A DNA stretch of 64,000 bases from a virus. Position 1 is the stretch's first letter. Every line of letters starts with the position of its first letter. The stretch lies in the IMG/VR virus record IMGVR_UViG_3300037882_002024, positions 7,245 to 71,244 of that record; one strand, given 5' to 3'. The notes under the pieces were generated by a model, which was given only the letters and a program-made list of their open reading frames with translations, was not told where the DNA came from and searched no databases. The position numbers and the translations under genes are program-made. This document shows positions 33,808 to 43,166 of the stretch, one piece after another.

Positions 33808-34359
33808 ATGTTCACGGACATCGAAAAGCAAGCGATCTACGAGCAGGTGCGCGCCAACGTGTTGGCCAAGTGCGGCCGTGGTCAAGGGCAGTGTCTCGAA
33901 TTTGCTATGCAGACGCTCCGGGCCATACAGGACGCACGGGGCCGCGCGGTGCGTGCCATCTTGCAGGCAGGCACTGCAGGCTGGCCATACATCGCCGACG
34001 AGGATGATGATGGCGTGATGCCGACGCACTTCACGTATATGTGGGACGACGCGTGTAACGCGATGGAGCGCCTGCGCGCAGGCATGCTAAACGGCTTCGT
34101 GCGTGACGGCAAGATTCTAGCAGCCCTGCCAGAGATTCACATTTGGGTTGCGCTGCCGCAGACCGGTGAGATAATCGACATGGCCACAGGGTTTTGGCCA
34201 GAGGCTGCTAAAGAGGCAATGGGAGTCGAGTGGCAGTGCGAACGACCGCCTGCCTTCCTGTGGGCCACGGCTGCACAGATGCCCGCGCGGGCGCGCTACG
34301 AGCCGAGTATGAGCGCCATTCAATTTGTCTTGACGCTGCTGCGCCAGATCACTGCATAA
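33808..34359 (+). CDS. hypothetical protein
   Basis: AGGGGA RBS; contains HIWVALP...IIDMAT. Confidence 0.65.
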   Translation: MFTDIEKQAIYEQVRANVLAKCGRGQGQCLEFAMQTLRAIQDARGRAVRAILQAGTAGWPYIADEDDDGVMPTHFTYMWDDACNAMERLRAGMLNGFVRDGKILAALPEIHIWVALPQTGEIIDMATGFWPEAAKEAMGVEWQCERPPAFLWATAAQMPARARYEPSMSAIQFVLTLLRQITA

Positions 34360-34372
34360 CAGGAGCGGGACC

Positions 34373-34663
34373 GTGGAACAGCTTACCCGTGAATCCATCC
34401 TCGCCACGAGGCCTCTGGATCGCCCGAAGGTGCTGGTGCGCTATAGCGCCATTAAGCGCTACGAGGATGGCCCCGACATCGCCGAGCACAGGCAGACGAC
34501 CGCGCGCATTGACATCGACGAAGGCGAGCCGTGGGCCTGCTTCGGCGCAGGCGGCGCATCCTACGCGTTTAGCTGCACGTGGGACGCTCTGCTGGAAAGC
34601 CTCAACGCCTGCTACGCGTGCCCTTTGATCTACACCGGCGCGCCGGTGGTCTACGAGTGCTAA
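34373..34663 (+). CDS. hypothetical protein
   Basis: AGGAG RBS; TAA stop in box 34660. Confidence 0.6.
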   Translation: MEQLTRESILATRPLDRPKVLVRYSAIKRYEDGPDIAEHRQTTARIDIDEGEPWACFGAGGASYAFSCTWDALLESLNACYACPLIYTGAPVVYEC

Positions 34664-34721
34664 ATTATTTTAGCCACTTCCAAGAAAAATAGTTGACATC
34701 AGCATGGCAGGTGGCTATATT
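34660..34721 (+). promoter_or_regulatory. box plus cassette promoter
   Basis: Box 34660, AAAAATAG-TTGACA(34693)-17-TATATT; leader hairpin ACAGGCGCA/TGCGCCTGT; ACCGAGGCAAG 34754. Confidence 0.9.
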
Positions 34722-34768
34722 GATCTTACAGGCGCAGTTGTTGCGCCTGTCCAACCGAGGCAAGGCAA

Positions 34769-35053
34769 ATGAACGCTAACCAACTATTCACGATCATTGA
34801 CCGCCAACAAGCCGCGATCATTCAAGACGTTTGCAATGCGACCAGCGCCGCAGAAATGCAAGCGGCTGTGAGCAAGATGGCTCTGGTGACCGACCTGTGG
34901 CGCGAAGCAGGGCGCGAAGTGGCTGTCGGATGTGTAGCGCGAGCCATCATCAATATGTGCGACTTTCGCGCTAAGAACGCCGGGACAACGAAGGAAGAGC
35001 GAGTAGCCTTCTGCCTTATCCCAGCCATGCTGAAAGAGGCTAAAATTTATTAG
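34769..35053 (+). CDS. hypothetical protein
   Basis: ATG after RBS repeat; TAG stop in box 35040. Confidence 0.7.
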   Translation: MNANQLFTIIDRQQAAIIQDVCNATSAAEMQAAVSKMALVTDLWREAGREVAVGCVARAIINMCDFRAKNAGTTKEERVAFCLIPAMLKEAKIY

Positions 35054-35077
35054 TCATTCTCAGAAAAATAGTTGACA
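35040..35077 (+). promoter_or_regulatory. truncated cassette promoter (box, A-tract and -35 only)
   Basis: Box 35040, AAAAATAG-TTGACA(35072); no -10-like hexamer at 17 bp and no leader/RBS repeat. Confidence 0.7.
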
Positions 35078-35314
35078 ACTGCCCGCGAAGCCGTCAAGCA
35101 GGACGATGCAGACAGCGCCCTCGTTCGTTTGGCGCGGTGCCTGCTCGTTAAGGCCAAGCCAGCAGGCCTTAACGCGCTGCTTGATGACTACGAACCGATC
35201 TTTATCGACGCCGTCGAGCCTCACGTTGACAGCGTCGCTATCTACGCACACGGCCTCAAGATCATCGTCAAGGCGGCGCTGGTCAGCGAGGCCCCACAGG
35301 AGAAGGCAGTATGA
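35072..35314 (+). CDS. hypothetical protein, start uncertain
   Basis: Open frame beginning at the TTG of the truncated promoter; ends in ATGA overlap with the kinase gene. Confidence 0.4.
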   Translation: MTTAREAVKQDDADSALVRLARCLLVKAKPAGLNALLDDYEPIFIDAVEPHVDSVAIYAHGLKIIVKAALVSEAPQEKAV

Positions 35315-35949
35315 AGCTGATGATCGTAATGCAGGGCGCGCCCGGTAGCGGAAAGTCCACCGAGGCCAAGCGCCTGCAAGCAGAGTTCGGGATCGACGCC
35401 ATCGTGAGCGCTGACGACTACCACACAGGCGCTGACGGAGTTTACCGCTTCGACTATCGGCGTGTCGGGGAGTGCCACGAGAGGGCGCAGAACGCCGCGC
35501 GGCTTCTGATGATGGAGAGCAAGTCGCTCATCGTCGACAACACGAACATATGGGCGTGGGAAGCCAAGCCGTATGTTGTGCCTGCTGTACTCCACGGGTA
35601 TCTTATCGCCTTTGTCCGGTGCCATGAGAATCGACCGAACATTCATGGCGTGCCCGAGGACAAGGTGCGTCAGATGCGAGACAGCATGGAGCCGCTAACT
35701 GTTCAGCACTGCCTTTCGGCGCTGCGGCCAAACTCGGCAGCGTCGGCAATGAAAGCCGCTCGCGAAGGAAGCTACAGCCTTTGCAAGGCTGCTGGCGCTG
35801 CGCTTGGTTCAGGGCCTATTCCGATGCTAAGCGCTCCGGCTGCTGTCATCGGCGAGCCGAGTCCGTACAACTACTCTGCGGCCAAGCTGGCCGAGCAAAG
35901 CTACGCAGGGGGCAAGAGTGAAAATCAGAATGTACCTGATGACGTGTGA
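35311..35949 (+). CDS. P-loop kinase (AAA_33 / polynucleotide kinase-like)
   Basis: MQGAPGSGKST, IVSADDY, SLIVDNTN, NIHGVP. Confidence 0.8.
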   Translation: MKLMIVMQGAPGSGKSTEAKRLQAEFGIDAIVSADDYHTGADGVYRFDYRRVGECHERAQNAARLLMMESKSLIVDNTNIWAWEAKPYVVPAVLHGYLIAFVRCHENRPNIHGVPEDKVRQMRDSMEPLTVQHCLSALRPNSAASAMKAAREGSYSLCKAAGAALGSGPIPMLSAPAAVIGEPSPYNYSAAKLAEQSYAGGKSENQNVPDDV

Positions 35950-36547
35950 CGGGCGTGAAGACGCGCTGAGCGAGACGCTGTGCAGCCTCGCGGAGTCGGA
36001 TTGGCCAGAGATGGCCGTGGTGGTCCGCGACGTGCATCGCCTGCCCGACCGCAAGGCCTCGCAGACTGCTACGGCGCTGCGCATCTTCGAGATGGCGCAA
36101 GGCCCCGAGTGCGACTACGTAGCCTTCTGCGAGGACGACATCCTGTTCAACAAGTCGATCTACGAGAATCTGTGCAACTGGAAGCCTCTGCAAGACGGCG
36201 CGCTGGTGGCGTCGGCGTACCATGATAAGGCTGTAGAGAAGGCGCCCGGTAACACGATTCTCGTGCCCTACGACCGCGTGGCAGGCTCGCAATTTTTGCT
36301 TGTGAAGAAAAGCTGGCTACCCGAATTGCTTGCGTGGTGGCCTTGCGTCGGCGACGACCTGATGCAAGACCTGCGCGTGTACCGGGCGCTTGGCATGCAA
36401 CACTCGCATGTCTACTTGCACGCGCCGACACTCGTGCAGCATCAGAGCAGGCCTTCGACGTGGGGCGGCGGGGCGCACCGTAGTCCTGTGTGGAATCCTT
36501 TCTGGCGGCACGACGAAAAGATTTTAGTCCATTCTGAAAAAAAATAG
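35918..36547 (+). CDS. glycosyltransferase-like protein (GT-A fold)
   Basis: MYLMTCDGRE, YVAFCEDDILF (xED/DxD-like), PTLVQH. Confidence 0.6.
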   Translation: MKIRMYLMTCDGREDALSETLCSLAESDWPEMAVVVRDVHRLPDRKASQTATALRIFEMAQGPECDYVAFCEDDILFNKSIYENLCNWKPLQDGALVASAYHDKAVEKAPGNTILVPYDRVAGSQFLLVKKSWLPELLAWWPCVGDDLMQDLRVYRALGMQHSHVYLHAPTLVQHQSRPSTWGGGAHRSPVWNPFWRHDEKILVHSEKK

Positions 36548-36575
36548 TTGACAAGAGCGCCCCGGCTGCTAAGAT
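36514..36575 (+). promoter_or_regulatory. box plus cassette promoter
   Basis: Box 36514, A-tract-TAG-TTGACA(36548)-16-TAAGAT; ACCGAGGCAAG 36596. Confidence 0.88.
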
Positions 36576-36608
36576 ACTTACATCGCCCAACCCAAACCGA
36601 GGCAAGCC

Positions 36609-36824
36609 ATGAGCAAGATCAAAGTAAGCGACTACTGTGCAATTGACGGCAAGCCGGGCCAAATCCGCTACATCAAAGAAGACGGTCCCTACACGTGGTA
36701 TGGCGTGAGCCTGCTTAACGAAGGCGAACGCGTTGATGAGTGGCAGGCCTGCCAAATCCAAGTGCTGACGCCAAGTGAAGGCGGACGGCTTGCAGCTAAA
36801 TGGATGGCTGAAAACAAAAAGTAG
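36609..36824 (+). CDS. hypothetical protein
   Basis: ATG after RBS repeat. Confidence 0.7.
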   Translation: MSKIKVSDYCAIDGKPGQIRYIKEDGPYTWYGVSLLNEGERVDEWQACQIQVLTPSEGGRLAAKWMAENKK

Positions 36825-36875
36825 CACAGTGCAAGGCGGACTAAAAATTTTTAGTCCGTTTTCTTTCTTGACCTT

Positions 36876-37235
36876 GTGACCGTGGAGCGTGCAATGGGCA
36901 TCCAACTTCAAAAAGATAAGCAGCGCATTTACTTTATCGGCGACACGGAAGGCCTGCGCGACAAGATTCGCGTACTCGGCGGGCGCTATGACTTCAAGCG
37001 CAACCAGTGGTGGGTAAGCGCTGTGATGCAAAGCGAGGCGGTGGCCATGCTCATCGAGGCGCAGAGTGACAAGGCGCCTGCCTGCGCGGCGAGCTTGCAG
37101 GTAGTCGGCGAAGTGCAGCGCAACGGGATCACGTACTATGTGGTGAGCTTTGCCGATCATGGCAAGCGCGTGCGCTTTGTCTCGGCCCCGGACGCCGAAG
37201 GGCGCTTTCGCGACTTCTACGCCATGCCTTGGTAG
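36876..37235 (+). CDS. hypothetical protein (LGGRYD...WWV motif)
   Basis: ORF after box 36841; start uncertain. Confidence 0.5.
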   Translation: MTVERAMGIQLQKDKQRIYFIGDTEGLRDKIRVLGGRYDFKRNQWWVSAVMQSEAVAMLIEAQSDKAPACAASLQVVGEVQRNGITYYVVSFADHGKRVRFVSAPDAEGRFRDFYAMPW

Positions 37236-37331
37236 AGTTCAAGGTTCACGGCAAAATTTTCGTGAAGGCATCCGAACTCACGCAAGGCTGGAACTAAGCG
37301 ACTTACAGGAAGCAATTGTTCGCCCGCACAC

Positions 37332-37763
37332 ATGACAGAGGAAGGCATGACTGAGAAAGAGCTAAACGATCTAGCCGATGTGTACGACGGCTGCGAGCTT
37401 CGGCTGATTGACCCGCAGCAGCCTTGGCTAGGCTACAAAGTCGGGGACACAGGCGCGGTAATTTACCGCGACGGCGTTGGTGGCTTGATGCGTCTAATGC
37501 GCATCAAGAAGGTCGGCAGGCGCCGTTTTATCGCGACGCGCGCGGAAGTTGTGCAAAGCCTCATAGCCAATGGAGAAGGCGCAGCAGCCGAACGCGCTCG
37601 CAAAGCAGACGAGGCGCTGGCGTATTGGGAGCGGCGTTTTTGCGACGCCTTCGGTGTGGACCCGCAGGCGCTCCAGTTCAAGCGGATCGCCGTGCGCGAG
37701 ACAATGCGCGACCTGCAAGCGTGGGCAGGGTGCCACGGCTGGGAAGACGGAGCGCCAGAGTAA
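37332..37763 (+). CDS. hypothetical protein
   Basis: GAGGAAGG RBS favours ATG 37347. Confidence 0.55.
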   Translation: MTEEGMTEKELNDLADVYDGCELRLIDPQQPWLGYKVGDTGAVIYRDGVGGLMRLMRIKKVGRRRFIATRAEVVQSLIANGEGAAAERARKADEALAYWERRFCDAFGVDPQALQFKRIAVRETMRDLQAWAGCHGWEDGAPE

Positions 37764-37784
37764 TTACAACGTCCAGCGCCCCGG

Positions 37785-37845
37785 CTAAAAATTGTTGACG
37801 CTGCAGGGCTGCACTGAGATAATGACAGTCACTAAAAATTTTTAG
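37785..37845 (+). promoter_or_regulatory. cassette-type promoter with box at the transcription start
   Basis: AAAAATTG-TTGACG(37795)-17-GATAAT; box 37832. Confidence 0.7.
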
Positions 37846-37858
37846 CCGGGAGCTTGCA

Positions 37859-38350
37859 ATGGACCGAGACGCAGTGGTAGCAACAGCTAAGACGTGGGGC
37901 GCACGCTTCGAGTTCTTCGATACGCGCAGCGTGTCCTTTTTGATGCCGAGTGAAGCAGCGGCCATAGAATGCTTCAAGCTCGTGCCGTGGCAAAGCACGA
38001 AGCCTGTGTGCTACCCTACAGGCTGGGCGGTCACGGTGTATCTTGACAGGCCCCGCATCGACAGTGTGCCGAGCGACGTGTTACCTGCACCCCTGCTTCT
38101 CTCCACGGGCCGGAGCGTTGTGTTTCATTGGAGTCAAGACGCAGGCGGGCCGCTCGCGTGGTTTATCTCGCCGCGCGGCCATGTAAGGCCCGACGAGCAA
38201 GCGCAGGCTGCAATGGTGCTACGCGTGTGGATGAAGCAAACGAATCGTATCGTAGAAGGAATTGACGATGGACCAATTTTACCGAACGGAAGTCTACCCG
38301 ACGCGCGCGCATTTGGCGAGCAACGAGGGTTTGATTGCAGTGGTCTATGA
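37859..38350 (+). CDS. hypothetical protein
   Basis: GGGAG RBS after box. Confidence 0.6.
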   Translation: MDRDAVVATAKTWGARFEFFDTRSVSFLMPSEAAAIECFKLVPWQSTKPVCYPTGWAVTVYLDRPRIDSVPSDVLPAPLLLSTGRSVVFHWSQDAGGPLAWFISPRGHVRPDEQAQAAMVLRVWMKQTNRIVEGIDDGPILPNGSLPDARAFGEQRGFDCSGL

Positions 38351-38540
38351 GGGGCGCTCGTTCGACGTGGCAATTGCTACGGCACACGAGCAGGCAGACG
38401 CTTACGGTGGCGTTGCGGACGTCAAGATGTCGTGCCCCACGAAGGTGACGACTTACGCGCATGCTAAGCGTGAGCCGGACACGCTCTACGACATGGTGCG
38501 CGGCGAGCAGGACTGCGACGAAGGCGACGCCGGAGCATAA
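38262..38540 (+). CDS. hypothetical protein
   Basis: AAGGA RBS; overlaps upstream ORF. Confidence 0.45.
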   Translation: MTMDQFYRTEVYPTRAHLASNEGLIAVVYEGRSFDVAIATAHEQADAYGGVADVKMSCPTKVTTYAHAKREPDTLYDMVRGEQDCDEGDAGA

Positions 38541-38571
38541 CAACCTATCGCCCGAACGAAAGGAAATAACG

Positions 38572-39069
38572 ATGGCTAAGGAGCCGAAGCAAGACAAGAA
38601 GAAAGACGCGCACGAGCTTGCGCTAGAGAGCGCAGCCAACAAAGTGGCCGACGAGTGCGCAGGCCTCGTGCTGGTGTGGGCCGATTGGGCCTTTGCGTAT
38701 CGTCTGCGCCTGCAGGATGAAAGCAGCGCCGCCACAAAGCCTCTCGGCTTTGCGACCAAGCCGATTGGTGACAAAATCATCATGATGGGGCGCGTGTTCG
38801 ATCATGGCGACGGGCTGCTCGTTATCTGCCCGGTGGCTTACCGGGAAGAGCACGAAGCGCGGCGGGCACGTGAGGCGCGCGCCAATCGGCTGCGCTGGTA
38901 TGAATTTTGGGACGGGGAGTTCAGTAAGGCAGGCAACGCGCCCGATGCCGACTACGCCACCGAGCGCGCAGCGGTGTACGACCTGCTGATCGAGTGGTCC
39001 AGAGATAGCAAGTTCGACGCACCTTGCCCTGCGAGCAGCACAGCGCCGCCGATGGAGAACAGCGTATGA
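38572..39069 (+). CDS. hypothetical protein
   Basis: AAAGGA RBS; ATG 38572. Confidence 0.6.
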   Translation: MAKEPKQDKKKDAHELALESAANKVADECAGLVLVWADWAFAYRLRLQDESSAATKPLGFATKPIGDKIIMMGRVFDHGDGLLVICPVAYREEHEARRAREARANRLRWYEFWDGEFSKAGNAPDADYATERAAVYDLLIEWSRDSKFDAPCPASSTAPPMENSV

Positions 39070-39440
39070 GTAGCCATAGTCAAGAGCCTTGGCAGCCGGA
39101 TGATCGTATTTGCGAAGGCGTTTCTTATTCTGTGATGCTGAGACCGGATGGAAAGATTCTGTTTACTTCGGATAACTCCGAGGTAAGCGAGATTCACGAA
39201 GACTTTGACGAAGAAGGTTTTCGTACTCAGTGGGACCAACAGGCCCGCGATGACTTTCAGCGTGCGTCTGTGTGCGTCAACGCCTGCACTGGCTTTGCGG
39301 CCCCTGAGTTCGTGCCCGCTGTAGTTGCTGCAGCGCAATCGCTATCAAAAGCGATCGTTTTGAAAGATGCGCAAAAAGAGCTTGACGCCAAAAAAGATTT
39401 AGCCAAAGCAATGGCTGCGTTACGAGGCGCCCCATTATGA
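39066..39440 (+). CDS. hypothetical protein
   Basis: ATGA overlap. Confidence 0.55.
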   Translation: MSSHSQEPWQPDDRICEGVSYSVMLRPDGKILFTSDNSEVSEIHEDFDEEGFRTQWDQQARDDFQRASVCVNACTGFAAPEFVPAVVAAAQSLSKAIVLKDAQKELDAKKDLAKAMAALRGAPL

Positions 39441-39760
39441 GCAGCCCTCAAGCAATTGCGCAGGCCTTCGCCGAAACGAACTGGCTTAATTTTACGGGCG
39501 ACGCAAGCTCCGGAGCTGTCTTCGACCGCGAGCGCGTGTTTCGCTACATGCTCTACCGTGTGAAAAAATGCTTAACTTGTACCAATCCATCCGACAAGCC
39601 GTTTTGCCGCCAAGCCGCTGACGGCAAGGTCAACGAAGCCTGCATTGATCGTTGTCATGGCAACCACCTAGGCATCCTGAGCGCTGAGTACGTGGCGTGG
39701 TACAATCGCCCGGAAGCCGAAGGCCTGCGACGCTCAATGGAAAAATTCCTCAAAAAATAG
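39437..39760 (+). CDS. hypothetical protein
   Basis: ATGA overlap; TAG stop in a relic promoter repeat. Confidence 0.55.
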   Translation: MSSPQAIAQAFAETNWLNFTGDASSGAVFDRERVFRYMLYRVKKCLTCTNPSDKPFCRQAADGKVNEACIDRCHGNHLGILSAEYVAWYNRPEAEGLRRSMEKFLKK

Positions 39761-39792
39761 TCCAGACACCTGCCCAGCACTACGGAGATGCA

Positions 39793-40173
39793 ATGCAACC
39801 ACTCACCTGCGATGAATGCTCCGGGGCCTGCTGTCAGTTTGTCAGCACGCCACCGGGCTTGTTCCCGATCTTCGCCTCACCGAAGTGGGACGGCCTCTAC
39901 ATGGCCGACACCGAAGACTATATTCATTGGGCCAGCATGCCTGCCGCGCTCCAAGACGAGCTACGCGCTGTGTACGCCGAGCGCCGCGAGGATGGACAGG
40001 CCTGCGTGTGGCTGCACGAAGGGCGCTGCAAGCACTACGTCCACAGGCCGGAAGCGTGCCGCAATGCTGTGACGGTAGGCGACGCAGCCTGTCTTGAGGC
40101 CCGCGACCAAGTGATCCAGCTTAACCTCGAACGGTTGCAATTATCTTTGCCAAAATTGAAGAAAAATAGTTGA
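39793..40173 (+). CDS. YkgJ-family Cys-cluster (Zn/Fe-chelating) protein
   Basis: CDECSGACC ... CVWLHEGRCKHYVHRPEACR. Confidence 0.75.
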   Translation: MQPLTCDECSGACCQFVSTPPGLFPIFASPKWDGLYMADTEDYIHWASMPAALQDELRAVYAERREDGQACVWLHEGRCKHYVHRPEACRNAVTVGDAACLEARDQVIQLNLERLQLSLPKLKKNS

Positions 40174-40198
40174 CAGTAGGGCAGGAAGCGGCTAAGCT
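40161..40198 (+). promoter_or_regulatory. cassette promoter
   Basis: AAAAATAG-TTGACA(40170)-17-TAAGCT; leader hairpin; ACCGAGGCAAG 40233. Confidence 0.88.
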
Positions 40199-40246
40199 AT
40201 TTTCACAGGCGCAACAACTGAGCCTAGCACTAACCGAGGCAAGACA

Positions 40247-40576
40247 ATGGCCACCATGATGACGTTCGCCGAAGCCTGTGAAAAACAACACCTGTACCAC
40301 TCGTACTACACCGTCTGGATCGTGAAGCCTGACGGCACGCGTATCTATCTGACGCATACCGCGCGCAAGTCAGGCAGTGGGCTGCTGGCGCTCTTCACCG
40401 GCGATTATGACGGCTACCGTGAGGCCTTACGCAAGGCCTTGCGCGAGGCTGGCGTGAACCCGGAAACCTGTCCGCTCGTCAAGAAGACGAAGAACGCATT
40501 GATCCTTGGCGACCTGTGGAAGGTCGAGTTTGGTGGCACCATCCGCCAAGAAGCTGCGGCTAGCAATAGCCGATAA
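40247..40576 (+). CDS. hypothetical protein
   Basis: ATG after RBS repeat. Confidence 0.7.
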   Translation: MATMMTFAEACEKQHLYHSYYTVWIVKPDGTRIYLTHTARKSGSGLLALFTGDYDGYREALRKALREAGVNPETCPLVKKTKNALILGDLWKVEFGGTIRQEAAASNSR

Positions 40577-40650
40577 CCTAAGTCGGGCAATTCGCCTTAG
40601 ACTTTAATTCCGCGCAGGCCTGCAAGCCTGCGCTATTTTAGGAGCGATCT

Positions 40651-41625
40651 ATGGGAACAATGGAACGGCGCTACGGAAGCAAGCGGCCCGCTGTAATTGC
40701 GAGCTTTCGCCTGCTAGGGCTAGCGCCAACGTATGCGGCTGGTGAACTAGAGCAACTGCCGTTTGGCAAGCCAAAGCACGTGTGGCTTTCCGCAACCAAG
40801 CGACTGGAGCGACACACTTTTCGTGGCGTTCCCGGCAACGGAATTACGATCCTTTTACCCGGCGCAGAACAGGATTCTCTGAGCGCCTTGCCAGCAGGAT
40901 GCGCTTGGGTTTGGCGTGTCTGCAAGAGGATCGGAAGCCGTGACCGCAAGGACGGCATTGAGATTGTAGTAACGCATTGGCGCGCGACAGACTGCGCGCA
41001 ATGGGAAGAAGCCTATCTAGGCGTTGATATGGGCAGCGATGTCATGACGATTATCGCTCGAACAGAGGACGGCCAGCACTTGTGGCAACAAGACTTTCGG
41101 CGCCTGCCGACCAGCTTGGAGAATTACGAGCTACGACGAATCTTTGAGTGGCAGCGGAACAAATTTTACGCTCACTTAACCTACCGCGAAACCGAGGAGA
41201 TTGCGCTAGCATTCTTAGGCTCCGTTGATCCAAGCTGGACCCTTAATGCTGCAAACCGCCTTGCTTCGCGCCTGCTGTACGGTTATGCGCGCGATACGGG
41301 ATGGCGCAAGCTAGCACTGCACGAGCAAGAGCGCTATGGCGTTACTGGCCAGTGGCACAAACAAGCGCAGCTTGATCTAATCAAGGGTGAGGCTGCAATC
41401 AGGGACTCAACAGGGGTCGGGGGATACACCAAGCAGGCAGCCAGCGGCCAAGTTCCCATCTACGGCGATTCTGCGCTTGTGGCTGTTGCTGAAGACTATG
41501 CCGACCGTCATGGCCTGCCTGCCGAAGTGCGCGCGCACATGCCAGCCAAAGCCTTTGCAATCTGGCTTCGCACGCAAGGTTGTGAAGAGCTAGCCAAAGC
41601 AGTCGAGGCTTGTGCGCCGTTTTAG
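40651..41625 (+). CDS. hypothetical protein (324 aa)
   Basis: AGGAG RBS; long ORF, no motif recognised. Confidence 0.65.
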   Translation: MGTMERRYGSKRPAVIASFRLLGLAPTYAAGELEQLPFGKPKHVWLSATKRLERHTFRGVPGNGITILLPGAEQDSLSALPAGCAWVWRVCKRIGSRDRKDGIEIVVTHWRATDCAQWEEAYLGVDMGSDVMTIIARTEDGQHLWQQDFRRLPTSLENYELRRIFEWQRNKFYAHLTYRETEEIALAFLGSVDPSWTLNAANRLASRLLYGYARDTGWRKLALHEQERYGVTGQWHKQAQLDLIKGEAAIRDSTGVGGYTKQAASGQVPIYGDSALVAVAEDYADRHGLPAEVRAHMPAKAFAIWLRTQGCEELAKAVEACAPF

Positions 41626-41640
41626 GAAACAGACAGGCGA

Positions 41641-41703
41641 CTAAATTATTTTAGTCGCTTTCAAAAAAAAATAGTTGACAGAGCAACCAGTCTCGGCTAT
41701 AGT
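41641..41703 (+). promoter_or_regulatory. box plus cassette promoter
   Basis: Box 41641, A-tract-TAG-TTGACA(41675)-17-TATAGT; ACCGAGGCAAG 41745. Confidence 0.9.
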
Positions 41704-41758
41704 ATTAGCACAGGGGCAGAAGTTGCCCTTAAACCTTAAACCAAACCGAGGCAAGACA

Positions 41759-42016
41759 ATGGAACGCATCGCAATTACAACCCTTCCCCGTGGCTCGTGG
41801 AAATATCAAGACGCCTTCGGTATCGCGCACTATGTCGCGGTCAAGGCCAAGGCTGGCTTCTACTACTGGAAGCGTGTGGCCTGCTCCAAGAAATACAGCG
41901 CCCCGCAGTTGCGGCGAATGGGATACGACGCCAGCAATGCCGGGGGCATCAACAAGCAACGCCTGACCCGCGCCGAAGTGGCCTTTGCAGTCTTCGCGCA
42001 AGCGCAAATGGTGTAA
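41759..42016 (+). CDS. small basic hypothetical protein
   Basis: ATG after RBS repeat. Confidence 0.7.
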   Translation: MERIAITTLPRGSWKYQDAFGIAHYVAVKAKAGFYYWKRVACSKKYSAPQLRRMGYDASNAGGINKQRLTRAEVAFAVFAQAQMV

Positions 42017-42075
42017 CGTAAACAAGCCAACAAGGCCACTAAAAAATTTTAGTGGCCTTTACTCAGGAGCAAGAA

Positions 42076-42324
42076 ATGAACGAAGCCTCATTGCCGAAGT
42101 GGGCGCAAGAACGCTTAGAGCGCTTTCGCAGCGACTTGCAGAAAGCACGCGAGCCGCTGCTCAAAGAGCTAGGAGTGCTGCGCCCCAAGGTTGAGTTGCT
42201 AGAAGCGCGCAACGCCGCGCTAGTGGAATTGCTACAGGCTGCCGCTAGGGGCGGGCACCTTGCCGCCGCCGACATCGTGCGGACACTCGAAGGCTACGAG
42301 CTACAACTCGTCAAGGCCGACTAA
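42076..42324 (+). CDS. coiled-coil hypothetical protein
   Basis: AGGAG RBS after extended palindrome 42032-42059. Confidence 0.6.
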   Translation: MNEASLPKWAQERLERFRSDLQKAREPLLKELGVLRPKVELLEARNAALVELLQAAARGGHLAAADIVRTLEGYELQLVKAD

Positions 42325-42336
42325 CCCGGAGCTAGG

Positions 42337-42798
42337 ATGTTTACGCGTTACTGCCTGTCGATCATCGACGGCGTGCTTTGTGTGCGCTGCACGCTGGCCA
42401 ACTACAGCCAGCCGATTGTTGCGCATCTGCACTGGCCAGCCCGCGAGAAGGCTGCGGACGTTGCGAGAACGCTCGGCCTTCCTGATTCCACGGGCCTCGT
42501 GACCGTGGACGTGACAGGCGGACATGACGGCTGCTATACGGCCTACAGCCAGCCAGACCAATTCGGGAGCCGCTACATGGCGCTGATCCACACCGTAGAC
42601 GGGGCACGCACGCAGCCGATTCTAACCGAAGAGCACCGCATCGTCGTGAAGTCTACGCGGCGCAACCCTGTCACCTACCGCAACGGCTTCTTCTTCAAGG
42701 CCATGGCGGCAGGCGAGACGCGCTTGCCGTGGACCGAGTTCGTGGACAGCTACGGGAGCCTGTTGCCATGGCCATGGTTCAAATTTCTGAAAAAATAG
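42337..42798 (+). CDS. hypothetical protein
   Basis: GGAG/AGG RBS; TAG stop in next promoter repeat. Confidence 0.6.
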   Translation: MFTRYCLSIIDGVLCVRCTLANYSQPIVAHLHWPAREKAADVARTLGLPDSTGLVTVDVTGGHDGCYTAYSQPDQFGSRYMALIHTVDGARTQPILTEEHRIVVKSTRRNPVTYRNGFFFKAMAAGETRLPWTEFVDSYGSLLPWPWFKFLKK

Positions 42799-42827
42799 TT
42801 GACAGCAGGAGCTAAGTCGGCTAAGCT
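42790..42827 (+). promoter_or_regulatory. cassette promoter
   Basis: AAAAAATAG-TTGACA(42799)-17-TAAGCT; GTCGCCCAA leader; ACCGAGGCAAG 42847. Confidence 0.88.
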
Positions 42828-42858
42828 ATTCTTGTCGCCCAACCAAACCGAGGCAAGT

Positions 42859-43119
42859 ATGAAGACTCTGCAAACGGCTGCTAACAACAACGCGATCAAC
42901 AACGTCAAGCTGGTGTTCAAAAAGTCCACCGTCAAGAAGTTTGCCTATCTGATTAACGAGGGCAAAGACGAGGCTGTGCTGGAGTTCCTGCGCTCCTGTG
43001 TGGCCGTGGCTCACTGCAAGGATTCCTTTGCAGCCGTCTTGGTACATTCGGGCCAGCGCTACACGAGCACGGGCCAGATTCACAACGCGCTGCGCGCATA
43101 CTACCAAGCCAAAGAATAG
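42859..43119 (+). CDS. hypothetical protein
   Basis: ATG after RBS repeat. Confidence 0.7.
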   Translation: MKTLQTAANNNAINNVKLVFKKSTVKKFAYLINEGKDEAVLEFLRSCVAVAHCKDSFAAVLVHSGQRYTSTGQIHNALRAYYQAKE

Positions 43120-43166
43120 CCTAAAATCTTGTAGTCGCCCTTCCTCAATGAACCGGAGCCAGTGCA

